A stretch of 64,000 nt of DNA, from contig CP092821.1 of NCBI GenBank assembly GCA_022530585.1, forward strand, positions 198,222 to 262,221, in the 5' to 3' direction. The notes below the pieces were generated by a model. The model saw only the letters and a list, made by a program, of their open reading frames with translations, was not told the DNA's origin and made no database searches. Shown here piece by piece: positions 1 through 8,620 of the stretch. Origin of the DNA: Candidatus Nealsonbacteria bacterium DGGOD1a. GTDB lineage: Bacteria; Patescibacteriota; Minisyncoccia; Minisyncoccales; UBA5738. A program made the translations under genes and the position numbers. Every line of letters begins with the position of its first letter. Position 1 is the first letter of the stretch.

Positions 1-237
1 CTTTTGCGCGATTACGGCATTTCGGTGACACTTTCGGGAAGCTATGCCAATTTTAAGGATTTTCTGTCCCGGATTGAAAATTCCAGCCGCATGATCAAGG
101 TGAATTCGGTTGGCGTGAGCACAGAAAAGGAATCATCTTCGGAAGAGCCGCGGTTCAAGGCCGATAAGACCGGAGAAACCGGCGAGGTTCTTGAATATAC
201 GGTGGAAATGAAGGCTAATTATTGCGAGCAGCCCTAA
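1..237 (+). CDS. PilO-like type IV pilus assembly protein, C-terminal part (5' end lies outside the window)
   Basis: The frame is open from base 1 to TAA at 235-237. The segment ISVTLSGSYANFKDFLSRIENSSRMIKVNSV resembles the C-terminal domain of PilO. It lies immediately upstream of pilB/pilT/pilC. Confidence 0.5.
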   Translation, partial: LLRDYGISVTLSGSYANFKDFLSRIENSSRMIKVNSVGVSTEKESSSEEPRFKADKTGETGEVLEYTVEMKANYCEQP

Positions 238-284
238 AGGTTCGTATTTTCTTTAATCTTTTCAATCAATAACCATTACTTAAT

Positions 285-614
285 ATGGCAATTACTTTTG
301 AAGAAAAAAACAATAATGTCAGAAATATCGCAATCGTCGCGGTAATCGCGGTATTTTTAATCGTGGCGGGAATTTTCGCGTGGAAATCAATTCAGGAACC
401 GCCGGTTGTTAATTTGATTCCGGCGGAGAGCGCGATTCAAATCAGAACCGAGATATTGGACGATCCGCGGCTTGCCGCGCTGGAGCTGTTTCCCGAAATA
501 CCGCCGGCCGCCGCGCCGGCCGTCAGGGACAATCCTTTCGTAAAGAATAAGGCTCAATCGGCGACAAGCACATTCGTTCTTGAAAATCAACCGTCCGAAA
601 ATATCGCGCCATAA
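285..614 (+). CDS. small membrane-anchored protein of the pilus locus (function unknown)
   Basis: 109-aa ORF with one N-terminal TM helix (IAIVAVIAVFLIVAGIFAW) followed by a Pro/Ala-rich tail. It sits between the pilO-like gene and pilB. No motif was recognised. Confidence 0.4.
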   Translation: MAITFEEKNNNVRNIAIVAVIAVFLIVAGIFAWKSIQEPPVVNLIPAESAIQIRTEILDDPRLAALELFPEIPPAAAPAVRDNPFVKNKAQSATSTFVLENQPSENIAP

Positions 615-665
615 CGGATTCGCGGCAAAGAAACCGCAGATTCAGTTTAATTTTTGAGTTGGAAA

Positions 666-2426
666 ATGTCATTTTTAACCAAACAACTTATTATCAGTAA
701 AGCAATCACCCAGGAGCAAGCGGTCGCGATTGAAACGGATTTAAGAAATAATCCCGCCAAAACCGAAGAAGAATTGTTATTGTCGAGCGGGTTGATTGAA
801 GAAGGAAAGCTGTTCGAATTGAAAAGCCAGGTTTTGGGCATGCCTTTTGTTTCCAGTCCGCCCGAGGATCTTTCTTTGGAAGTGTTGCAAACCATTCCCG
901 AGGAAACCGCCAAATTCTACCGGATGATACCTTTGGGCGAAAAAAAATCCGAGGTTACCGTCGGTATGGTTTATCCCGAAGATTTGAAGGCGCAGGAAGC
1001 GCTCAAATTTCTGGCGCGGAAAAATGATTTTGCCTACCAGGTGGTTTTGATAACGCCAAAAATATTCAATGCCCTTTTGGGAAAATACCGCGATTTAAAA
1101 AAAGAAGTCGGCAAGGCGCTGGAAGAGTTCAGGGAAGAGGAAGAGACCGAAACGGATACTTCGCGCCGTCCGCAGTTTGAAACGATGTCGAATGTTGAGG
1201 ACGCGCCGATCGCCAAAATCGTGAATGTTGTTTTGCGCAACGCGCTTGACGGAGCGGCGTCGGATATTCATATCGAGCCCAGCCGCACCAAATTGCGGGT
1301 GCGTTTTCGGGTGATGGGCGAGCTTTATTCTTCGATATTTTTACCGTTGAACATTGCCAACGCGGTGTTGGCGCGCATCAAAATAATGTCGAATATGAAA
1401 ATTGACGAGAATCGCGTGCCGCAGGACGGCCGTTTTTCAATGAAGATTGATTCCAAAAATATTGATTTTCGCGTGTCCACGCTGCCGACGGCTTTGGGGG
1501 AAAAAGTGGTAATGAGAATCCTTGATCCGGATGCCGGATACAAAACATTCGAAGATTTGGGGCTTGACGGGAGGAATCTTGAACTGGTCAGAAAGGCGAT
1601 TGATGAACCGTTCGGCTTGATTTTGGTTACCGGCCCCACCGGATCGGGCAAGAGCACGACTCTTTACGCGGTTTTGCAGGAAGTCAACAGCGACAAGATC
1701 AATATCATCAGTTTGGAGGATCCGGTGGAATATTTTTGCGACGGCGTGAACCAATCGCAAGTCCGGCCGGAGATCGGTTTTGATTTCGCTTCCGGTTTGC
1801 GCAGTATTTTGCGCCAGGATCCGGATGTGATTATGGTTGGTGAAATCCGCGACGAAGAAACCGCGCTTTTAACGATTCATTCGGCATTGACCGGCCATTT
1901 GGTGCTGTCAACGCTCCATACCAATGATTCTTTGGGCGTGGTGCCGCGCCTCGTTGATTTGAAAGTGCAATCATATTTAATTCCTTCGACCCTTACCCTG
2001 GCGCTGGCTCAGCGTTTGGTGCGGCGGCTTTGTCCGGATTGCAAGAAAAAAGTCGAAGCAAAAGGGTTTTTAAAGGAAAAAATTATTGATGAGTTCAAGG
2101 ATATTCCGGCCGCGTCGCGGGTTGATGTCGAATTGGGGGATCCGATCTATATTTGGGAGCCGGTTGGCTGTCCCAAATGCAATCGACAGGGATTTTCGGG
2201 CCGGGTTGGTATTTTTGAAACGCTGGAAATGACTCCGGAATTGGGCGAAATAATATTAAAAGACCTTTCCGGAACCGCGCTTAGCGCGGAAGGAAAACGC
2301 CAGGGGATGACAACGATGCGCCAGGACGGAATTTTAAAGGCTTTAAGAGGAGTGACCACGATTGAAGAAGTTTTGAAAGCGACCGAAGAAGACGCGGTGC
2401 CGGTGGTGATCGAACCCAAATCGTAA
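666..2426 (+). CDS. pilB: type IV pilus assembly (extension) ATPase PilB/GspE family
   Basis: ATG at 666 lies in frame with the TTG at 654. Features: N-terminal T2SSE_N-like region, Walker A GPTGSGKST, RQDPDVIMVGEIRD, His box STLHTND, and the tetracysteine CPDC...CPKC. Confidence 0.9.
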   Translation: MSFLTKQLIISKAITQEQAVAIETDLRNNPAKTEEELLLSSGLIEEGKLFELKSQVLGMPFVSSPPEDLSLEVLQTIPEETAKFYRMIPLGEKKSEVTVGMVYPEDLKAQEALKFLARKNDFAYQVVLITPKIFNALLGKYRDLKKEVGKALEEFREEEETETDTSRRPQFETMSNVEDAPIAKIVNVVLRNALDGAASDIHIEPSRTKLRVRFRVMGELYSSIFLPLNIANAVLARIKIMSNMKIDENRVPQDGRFSMKIDSKNIDFRVSTLPTALGEKVVMRILDPDAGYKTFEDLGLDGRNLELVRKAIDEPFGLILVTGPTGSGKSTTLYAVLQEVNSDKINIISLEDPVEYFCDGVNQSQVRPEIGFDFASGLRSILRQDPDVIMVGEIRDEETALLTIHSALTGHLVLSTLHTNDSLGVVPRLVDLKVQSYLIPSTLTLALAQRLVRRLCPDCKKKVEAKGFLKEKIIDEFKDIPAASRVDVELGDPIYIWEPVGCPKCNRQGFSGRVGIFETLEMTPELGEIILKDLSGTALSAEGKRQGMTTMRQDGILKALRGVTTIEEVLKATEEDAVPVVIEPKS

Positions 2427-2499
2427 TTTCGATTTTTCTTTCCATTGTTTCGCCGAATGCGCTATACTTATATTAATTGGATGGCCGCAAATAAAAAAT

Positions 2500-2922
2500 A
2501 TGCCGATAAAAAATAACGAAAAAAATAACGAAGGAAAAAGAATTCTTGTCGTTGAAGACGATCCGTTTTTGTCCGATATTTACAATACCAAATTGAAACA
2601 AGGCGGATTCGATGTCGATTCGGCGATGACCGGAGAGGAGTGTTTGCAAAAACTGAATTCCAAGAATTACGATTTGATGCTGCTTGATATCGTATTGCCG
2701 CAACTGGACGGATGGGAAGTGATGGCGCGCGTCAGGGAAATGCGGCAGAAAAACCCGGATTCCGATCTTAATCGTTTGAAAATTATTATTTTATCCAACC
2801 TCGGGCAAAAAGAGGAGATTAAGAAAGGATTGGAGCTTGGAGCCGACGGTTTTATGATCAAGGCGCATTTCACTCCCAGCGAAATCGCGGAAGAAATAAA
2901 CAAAACATTAAATATAAAATGA
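2500..2922 (+). CDS. stand-alone response-regulator receiver (CheY/PilH-like)
   Basis: 140 aa. Motifs VVEDD, LMLLDIVLPQLDG (phospho-acceptor Asp) and IKAHF (conserved Lys). There is no output domain. Confidence 0.85.
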   Translation: MPIKNNEKNNEGKRILVVEDDPFLSDIYNTKLKQGGFDVDSAMTGEECLQKLNSKNYDLMLLDIVLPQLDGWEVMARVREMRQKNPDSDLNRLKIIILSNLGQKEEIKKGLELGADGFMIKAHFTPSEIAEEINKTLNIK

Positions 2923-3065
2923 AATTGAAGAATTGGTTCGGCGGACGGTTTTACCGAACCGATAATGTTAGATTCTCGGAGTTGAAATTTTGCCGAACGA
3001 AATTTTAACGATATATTTTTTCCCCGAATTTTGATTTTTGATATTTACATTTTAAATTCGCGATT

Positions 3066-4127
3066 ATGGATTATTCCCAATTACTTGAAAAATTTCTCGC
3101 GGTTACGGTGCAAAAAGAAGCGTCCGATCTTCATATGTCGGCCGGATATCCTCCCATCATCCGCGTCAACGGCGAGTTGTGGGCGATTCCAAAAGAGCCC
3201 AATCTTTCGCCGCGCGACAGCCAGGGGCTGGCGTTTGCCATGATGACTCCCGAACAGCAGAACCAATTTTTGAAGTTCAAAGAAATCGATTTTTCCTACG
3301 CGTTTCAGGGCAAAGAGCGTTTCCGCACCAATATCTTTTTCCAGAAGGGATGCATATCGTGCGCTTTGCGGTTGATTCCGACCAAAATACGCACATTGAA
3401 AGAACTTAATCTGCCGCCGGTTTTGCAGAAATTCGTTGAAGCGGAACAGGGTTTCGTTCTGATCACCGGCCCGGCGTCGCACGGCAAGTCTACCACATTG
3501 GCGGCGTTTATCGACGCGATCAATCATTCGCGCTGCGATCATATAATTACCATCGAGGATCCGATCGAATACTTGTTTACCCCGGATGCTTCCGTGATCG
3601 AGCAAAGAGAGTTGAATTCCGACACCTATTCGTTTTCAATGGCGTTGCGGTCGGTTTTCCGCCAGGATCCGGATGTGATCATGATCGGTGAAATGCGCGA
3701 TGTGGAAACGATTTCCACGGCGCTGACCGCCGCGGAAACCGGCCATTTGGTGTTCGCGACATTGCACACGAATTCGGCTTCGCAAAGCATCCACCGCATC
3801 GTTGATTCGTTCCCGGCCGAACAGCAGGCGCAAATCCGCGCCCAGCTTTCCTCTTCGCTTTTGGGAATTGTATCCCAGCGGCTGATTTTATCGAACAAAG
3901 GAGGCATGGTGCCCGCCTGTGAAGTGCTTTTCAATAATTTTGCCGTGGGCAATCTTATCCGTGAAAACAAAATTCACGAAATTCCGCTGGTCATCGAAAC
4001 TTCTTCGAAGGACGGGATGATTTCGCTTAACAAATCGCTGGCCAATCTGGTGAAAAACGGCGACATTTCACTGGAAAAAGCGATATCGCATTCTTTGAAT
4101 CCGCAGGAGTTGGAAGCGTTAATCTAA
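3066..4127 (+). CDS. pilT: twitching-motility (retraction) ATPase PilT family
   Basis: 353 aa. Motifs ASDLH, Walker A variant GPASHGKST, IEDPIEY, RQDPDVIMIGEMRD and ATLHTNSA. Confidence 0.9.
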   Translation: MDYSQLLEKFLAVTVQKEASDLHMSAGYPPIIRVNGELWAIPKEPNLSPRDSQGLAFAMMTPEQQNQFLKFKEIDFSYAFQGKERFRTNIFFQKGCISCALRLIPTKIRTLKELNLPPVLQKFVEAEQGFVLITGPASHGKSTTLAAFIDAINHSRCDHIITIEDPIEYLFTPDASVIEQRELNSDTYSFSMALRSVFRQDPDVIMIGEMRDVETISTALTAAETGHLVFATLHTNSASQSIHRIVDSFPAEQQAQIRAQLSSSLLGIVSQRLILSNKGGMVPACEVLFNNFAVGNLIRENKIHEIPLVIETSSKDGMISLNKSLANLVKNGDISLEKAISHSLNPQELEALI

Positions 4128-4281
4128 AAAATTCGAAGCACGAATGTCGAATATCGAAACAAATTTAAAATTCGAATGTTCAAATGTCCGAAACGAAATT
4201 TAAAATTCGTTTTAAAATTTCGAAATTTGAAACTTCAGATTTGTTTCGATATTCGATATTCGATATTCGAAATCTGAAATT
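4128..4281. repeat. AT-rich palindromic intergenic module, 'TTCGAA/CGAATAT' dialect (P1)
   Basis: Fills the pilT-pilC spacer. The arms cgaatatcgaaacaaat and atttgtttcgatattcg are inverted copies. The left ~40 nt (aaaattcgaagcacgaa..tcgaata.tcgaaacaa) recur at 38880-38920. Confidence 0.6.
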
Positions 4282-5487
4282 ATGAGGTTCGTATATCAAG
4301 CCAGGTTGAAAAACGGGGAAGTCAAATCCGGGGTGATGGAGGCTGATTCGGTGCAGACCGCGGCCGAGATTTTGCGCCGCGACGATCTTTTCGTCACATT
4401 CCTGAAGAAAGAGGATCAGAGCCTCGCCAAAAGATTTCATTTTTTCGAGGGGGTTTCGGGAAAAGATGTCGCGATTTTTTCGCGCCAGCTGGCGGTGATG
4501 TTTCACGCCAATGTGTCGCTGGTCGAGTCTTTGCGGGTTATCGGCGCCCAGCTTGCCAACCAGAATTTTCGGGAAAAGATTCTAAAGATTTCCCAAGTCG
4601 TCGAGGCGGGATCGCCCTTGTCGGCCGCCTTGGCCAAATATCCGGATATTTTTTCGCCGTTTTTCGTCGCCATGGTGCGCGCCGGCGAGGTTTCGGGCAA
4701 CCTTTCGGAACAGTTCAATTATCTGGCCAATTATCTTGAAAAACAATATTATCTGGAAGGGAAAGTGAAGGGCGCCATGGTTTATCCGATCGTCATTCTG
4801 GTGGTGATGGTGGCCGTGCTGTTCCTTTTGGCCTATTTCGTGATGCCGAGTATGGTGGAAATGCTGACCAGCGCCGGCGTTGAATTGCCGCCGCTGACCC
4901 AGTTTGTGATTGCCGCCACGAATTTCATCCGGGGTATCGGGGGAGTTTTGGCATTGCTCGCGGCGATCGCTTCGGTGGTGGTCATCATGAGGGTTTCCCG
5001 GACGAAAAAAGGCAAAGAATTTTTTGATCGTCTGGCGCTGCGCATTCCAATATTCAACAATCTCACGAAAATGCTTTGCGTGAGCCGTTTCGCGGACAAT
5101 CTTTCCACGCTGATCACGGGCGGAATTCCGATCACCCAGGCTCTGGAAATTACCAGCACGATCGTCGGGAACACGGTTTACCGCGATGTGATTATGAAAA
5201 CCTGCGACGGGGTGCGCAAGGGGCAAACGATTTCTTCGATACTCTTTAATTATCCCGAACTCTTTGCGCCGATGTTTTCACAAATGATCCTCGTGGGCGA
5301 GCAAACCGGTTCGCTGGATAAAAGCTTGCTGGTTATGGTGTCGTTTTATGAAAAAGAGACGGAGCGGTCGATTGACAGTATGCTGATACTTATCGAACCG
5401 ATAATGATCATTGTCCTCGGTTTGGTCGTGGGCGGAGTGGTGGCGTCGGTGATGATACCGCTTTATTCGTCGATGGGAGCCGCCTAA
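4282..5487 (+). CDS. pilC: type IV pilus platform protein PilC/GspF family
   Basis: 401 aa with duplicated T2SSF-type domains, three hydrophobic TM segments, and the motifs LSxALxxYPxxFSPxFVAMVRAGEVSG and FAPMFSQMILVGEQTGSL. Confidence 0.9.
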   Translation: MRFVYQARLKNGEVKSGVMEADSVQTAAEILRRDDLFVTFLKKEDQSLAKRFHFFEGVSGKDVAIFSRQLAVMFHANVSLVESLRVIGAQLANQNFREKILKISQVVEAGSPLSAALAKYPDIFSPFFVAMVRAGEVSGNLSEQFNYLANYLEKQYYLEGKVKGAMVYPIVILVVMVAVLFLLAYFVMPSMVEMLTSAGVELPPLTQFVIAATNFIRGIGGVLALLAAIASVVVIMRVSRTKKGKEFFDRLALRIPIFNNLTKMLCVSRFADNLSTLITGGIPITQALEITSTIVGNTVYRDVIMKTCDGVRKGQTISSILFNYPELFAPMFSQMILVGEQTGSLDKSLLVMVSFYEKETERSIDSMLILIEPIMIIVLGLVVGGVVASVMIPLYSSMGAA

Positions 5488-5584
5488 AACAATTTCTATC
5501 TTGCAATCTACCGCGTAAATTTGATAAAATAAACGAACCGCGAACCGGTGCGGCCGCCAGAAGCGGCAACCGGCGCGGCCAATT

Positions 5585-5998
5585 ATGAAAACAAACAAAA
5601 ATCGCTTATCAGCCGATATCGATTGGGGAATGAATTCTGTTTTTATCGTGCCGATTTTGGTGGTTTTTTTTGGCGTCGTCATAACCGCGCAGATGGCGGC
5701 GATCAAGCTGGTGGGCGGATTTTTTTACTCCAGAGAAGTTGACACGCAAAATGTTTTAAAAAACAGCCGCAGTATTGAAATTCCGGCAATTTCCCGCTTG
5801 AGTCCGCTTTCCGAATTTTCAATGTCGGGATCGGACGGACGGATAGTTTCCGGCGCGGATATTCTTGAATTCTTGCCCGCGGATATTTTTGTTTTGCCGT
5901 TTGCCGCCGCCGCTTTGTTTTTGGCGCGGCGCGGGGAAACGGTTGCCGAATTTATTTATGAGAGCGATTGTATTCGGATTCGTCCGCCGATAGTTTGA
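5585..5998 (+). CDS. hypothetical membrane protein (weak call)
   Basis: 137-aa ORF with one TM helix ([22 protein letters not shown]) between pilC and the pilin. No recognisable motif. Confidence 0.3.
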   Translation: MKTNKNRLSADIDWGMNSVFIVPILVVFFGVVITAQMAAIKLVGGFFYSREVDTQNVLKNSRSIEIPAISRLSPLSEFSMSGSDGRIVSGADILEFLPADIFVLPFAAAALFLARRGETVAEFIYESDCIRIRPPIV

Positions 5999-6138
5999 TA
6001 AATCCCTTTTTGTTTTTTCGGAATTTATCTAAAACTAAAGCGAGATTGTTGAATAATTGTTTTTGGACAATTTTAAACTTGACGGTATCGGCAAATTGGC
6101 CAAGTCCAATAATTATCCGGCGATCCGGGAATAATCAT

Positions 6139-6654
6139 ATGTTGATAGCCAATAAAAAAAACGGTTTGCCAAGGCAAGGTTTCACCCTTATTGAATTGCT
6201 GGTGGTTATCGCCATTATCGGCATTTTGGCCGGTATGGTGCTGGTGTCGATGGGCGGCGCGCGAGCCAAAGCCCGGGACGCCAAAAGAATGTCGGATATG
6301 CGCCAGCTGGTTTCGGCGCAGGAGATGTATTACGGCGAGGCGGATATGTATCATCCCGCGGCAAGCGGCATGGCTACGGGAACGATTTCTTATTTGGGTA
6401 ATGTTTACATGAGGATTCCGGCGGATCCGGGCGGACACGCGACTCAAATCGCGTGCGGAACCGCCGACAGCAAAGGCTATTATTGCGCGATTGCCAATAC
6501 CGCCAGTCCTGCTACCCGCCAGCAGTTTTGCTATTACGCTCGGTTGGAAGGCGAATCGAAATATTACACCGCGTCCCACGGCGGCAATGTTAAAAGAACC
6601 GCCGGCGTGGGTATTGCCGTGCCCACATTGGCCAATTGCAATACGGCCAATTAG
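6139..6654 (+). CDS. type IV major pilin, paralog 1 (prepilin with class III signal)
   Basis: The internal ATG at 6139 gives the leader [14 protein letters not shown]|[21 protein letters not shown], i.e. a G|F cleavage/methylation site followed by a hydrophobic helix. The longer ORF from 5968 would bury this signal. Confidence 0.85.
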   Translation: MLIANKKNGLPRQGFTLIELLVVIAIIGILAGMVLVSMGGARAKARDAKRMSDMRQLVSAQEMYYGEADMYHPAASGMATGTISYLGNVYMRIPADPGGHATQIACGTADSKGYYCAIANTASPATRQQFCYYARLEGESKYYTASHGGNVKRTAGVGIAVPTLANCNTAN

Positions 6655-6722
6655 TCAGTATGGGTGAAACCTATTTGATAACGATAATGATAGTGATAGA
6701 ATAATAAAAGGTCGAACTATCC

Positions 6723-6749
6723 GGCAATAAATAGTAAATATTTATTGCC
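6723..6749 (+). terminator. hairpin downstream of pilin 1 (weak terminator candidate)
   Basis: ggcaataaata-gtaaa-tatttattgcc forms an 11-bp perfect stem. No clear T-run follows. Confidence 0.35.
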
Positions 6750-6790
6750 ATTGATTGAGAATGTCAGTTTAAAAAAAATTATAAAGAATT

Positions 6791-7261
6791 ATGACAAATC
6801 GCAAAGAGGGTTTCACCCTTATTGAATTGCTGGTGGTTATCGCCATTATCGGCATTTTGGCCGGCATGGTGTTGGTGTCGATGGGCGGCGCGCGGCAAAA
6901 AGCCCGGGACGCCAAAAGAATGTCGGATATGCGCCAATTGCTTTCGGCGCAGGAGATGTATTACGGCGAAAAGGACGCGTATTATCCGGTATTGACGGAC
7001 AATAGCGTGGCTACGGGAACGATTGCCAACGGCACTACGGTTTATATGACTGTTCCGGTGGATCCGGGATCTCCTGCCAGTGCTTGCACTGCCGGTACCA
7101 CTGCCAATGTTTACTGCGCGATGGCAAACACCGGCGACCTGCAGAAGTTTTGCTATTTCGCGCGTTTGGAGGGCGAGGCGAAATATTACACCGCGTCCCA
7201 AGGCGGCAATGTCAAGAAGACCACAAAACCGACTTTGGCCACTTGCAATACGGCGGACTAG
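6791..7261 (+). CDS. type IV major pilin, paralog 2
   Basis: Leader MTNRKEG|[26 protein letters not shown]. The N-terminal ~55 codons and the C-terminal FCYxARLEGExKYYTASxGGNVK block are near-identical to paralog 1. The centre is divergent. Confidence 0.85.
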   Translation: MTNRKEGFTLIELLVVIAIIGILAGMVLVSMGGARQKARDAKRMSDMRQLLSAQEMYYGEKDAYYPVLTDNSVATGTIANGTTVYMTVPVDPGSPASACTAGTTANVYCAMANTGDLQKFCYFARLEGEAKYYTASQGGNVKKTTKPTLATCNTAD

Positions 7262-7282
7262 CCAAGGAATCGAACACAGAGA

Positions 7283-7306
7283 ATCGGCGAGTTTCGCCGA
7301 TTTTTC
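7283..7306 (+). terminator. intrinsic terminator after pilin 2
   Basis: atcggcga-gtt-tcgccgat forms an 8-bp stem followed by ttttt. Confidence 0.7.
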
Positions 7307-7359
7307 GTTACGCGGCCGTTGTGATAAAATAAATTCGTCGAATGATTTTTCCAAGATGT

Positions 7360-7461
7360 CTTGAATTATGAAACGCTTTGCATTCGGGGTCTATCCCTTG
7401 CGTAATCGCAAGGGTTAGACCCCTCTAAAGCATTTGCATTTAATGATTTCGCAATTCAAAG
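7360..7461. mobile_element. 102-bp palindromic MITE-like element, copy 1
   Basis: Terminal inverted repeats cttgaattatgaaacgctttg / gatttcgcaattcaaag. The central hairpin is ggggtctatcccttgcg-taatc-gcaagggttagacccc. A near-identical copy lies at 57395-57496. Confidence 0.6.
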
Positions 7462-7464
7462 AAT

Positions 7465-7626
7465 ATGGATATTTTATTTTGGTATGTTTTTGTTTCGATA
7501 TTCGCCGTCGGTATGATTGTCGGCAGTTTTTTGAATTGCTTGATCTGGCGATTGCATAATAATGAAAGCGCGCGGGGAGGGTTGACTTTGCAATTACTGT
7601 TTGCGCAATTAAAATACAGACAGTAA
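7465..7626 (+). pseudogene. orphan 5' fragment of prepilin peptidase gene (pilD remnant, 53 codons)
   Basis: MDILFWYVFVSIFAVGMIVGSFLNCLIWR... 7465-7574 matches 8621-8730 and includes a 73-nt exact run. After the homology ends it reads into unrelated sequence, with a stop at 7624-7626. Confidence 0.75.
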
Positions 7627-7642
7627 CACTATTTGTATTTGA

Positions 7643-8420
7643 ATGATACGGATGGAAAATAAAAAAATTGCATCATACGCTTTTATTGACGCTTCCAATC
7701 TGTTCTATGGCGGGGAGAAAAGTTTGGGTTGGAAAATAGATTACGAAAATCTTTTTGAATATTTAACGGAAAAATATTCAGTAAGAAAAGTTTTTTATTT
7801 TGGCGGCGCGGAAATCCATAAATTCAATTTTGACTATTTAAAAAATGATACCGTGCCGATTGCCGAATTGAAAAAATATCTTAAAAATGAAATCAAAACC
7901 GGCGGCAGTAAGTTAAATGAAGCGGATATGATATTATTAAGCCGGCATTTGCAGAGAGTTAAGTTCTATTCCAAGCTTGAGTCTTTTGGATATGAATTGC
8001 GGCTTAAACCCGTAAAATTATATTATCACGATAGTAGTACGGTTAAAAAAGCGAATTGCGATGTTGATATGGCCTTTTATTGAGTGCAATACCTCGGGGC
8101 TTTGCCCCGGGGTGCACCAAGAGGATTCCAAAGGGGTGCCCCCTTTGGTCGTCGTGCGGGGTTCATACCCCGCTCGACGAAATACATTTGGAAAATATAT
8201 TTTTGATTTGATGAAGGAAATGAACAATTTTGATAAAGCGATCATTCTTTCCGGCGATGGCGATTTTTTACCGGTTTTGAAATATTTGAAAGCGTGCGGC
8301 AAGGGAATAACCATATTATCCCGCGGCCCGAGAACCGCGCGCGAAATTCGGCAATTTGCCGGTTCTGATTTCAGGGATTTTACCAGGCTGGAAAGAATAT
8401 TGAAGTTTGACGGGAAATAA
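7643..8420 (+). pseudogene. NYN/LabA-like (PIN-related) nuclease-domain gene interrupted by a 118-nt insertion
   Basis: The N-part ends ...KANCDVDMAFY* at 8083. The C-part resumes as IFDLMKEMNNFDKAIILSGDGDFLPVLKYLK in another frame. Deleting 8081-8198 joins the two in frame. The motifs FIDASNL, CDVD and SGDGDF fit the NYN fold. Confidence 0.7.
8081..8198 (+). mobile_element. three-hairpin repeat element, copy A (inserted inside the NYN gene)
   Basis: Three hairpins: cggggc-ttt-gccccg, ccaaagggg-tgc-cccctttgg and gcgggg-ttcata-ccccgc. Linker aagaggattcc. Flanked by tat/tat. Copies at 18578-18690 and 55153-55267 share the same architecture. Confidence 0.6.
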
Positions 8421-8424
8421 ACTA

Positions 8425-8512
8425 CCGCGCGTCGTCAGGGTATTCTTGCGGAAAAGTTTGTTTCCCCGCCATTCATCCCCGGGGCAAAGCCCCGAGGTAT
8501 TCTGGCGGGTAA
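8425..8512 (-). repeat. partial/diverged copy D of the three-hairpin element (inverted relative to copy A)
   Basis: 8474-8498 is the exact reverse complement of the 25 nt aatacctcggggctttgccccgggg at 8088-8112. An atgaatggcgggg segment (cf. ttgatggcgggg) follows. The middle hairpin is missing. Confidence 0.4.
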
Positions 8513-8620
8513 ATAACAAAAAGCGGACATGCGAAATATCCGCTTCACGTTTAGTAAGCATATACTATCATTCGACAAGACATTGTCAATAGCGAGCGTA
8601 GCAAGCATTGTATAAACATT

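Noticed and set aside
2920-2922. Alternative genetic code (UGA read as Gly/Trp, as in some candidate phyla)
   Set aside because: TGA terminates several well-defined genes at the expected length (e.g. the receiver gene here, ftsK and the NYN N-part). No conserved protein requires read-through of in-frame TGA.
5968-6138. N-terminal 57-codon extension of the first pilin ORF (start at 5968)
   Set aside because: It would place the G|FTLIELL prepilin cleavage motif ~70 residues from the N-terminus, and it overlaps the preceding ORF. The internal ATG at 6139 gives a normal short basic leader like that of paralog 2.
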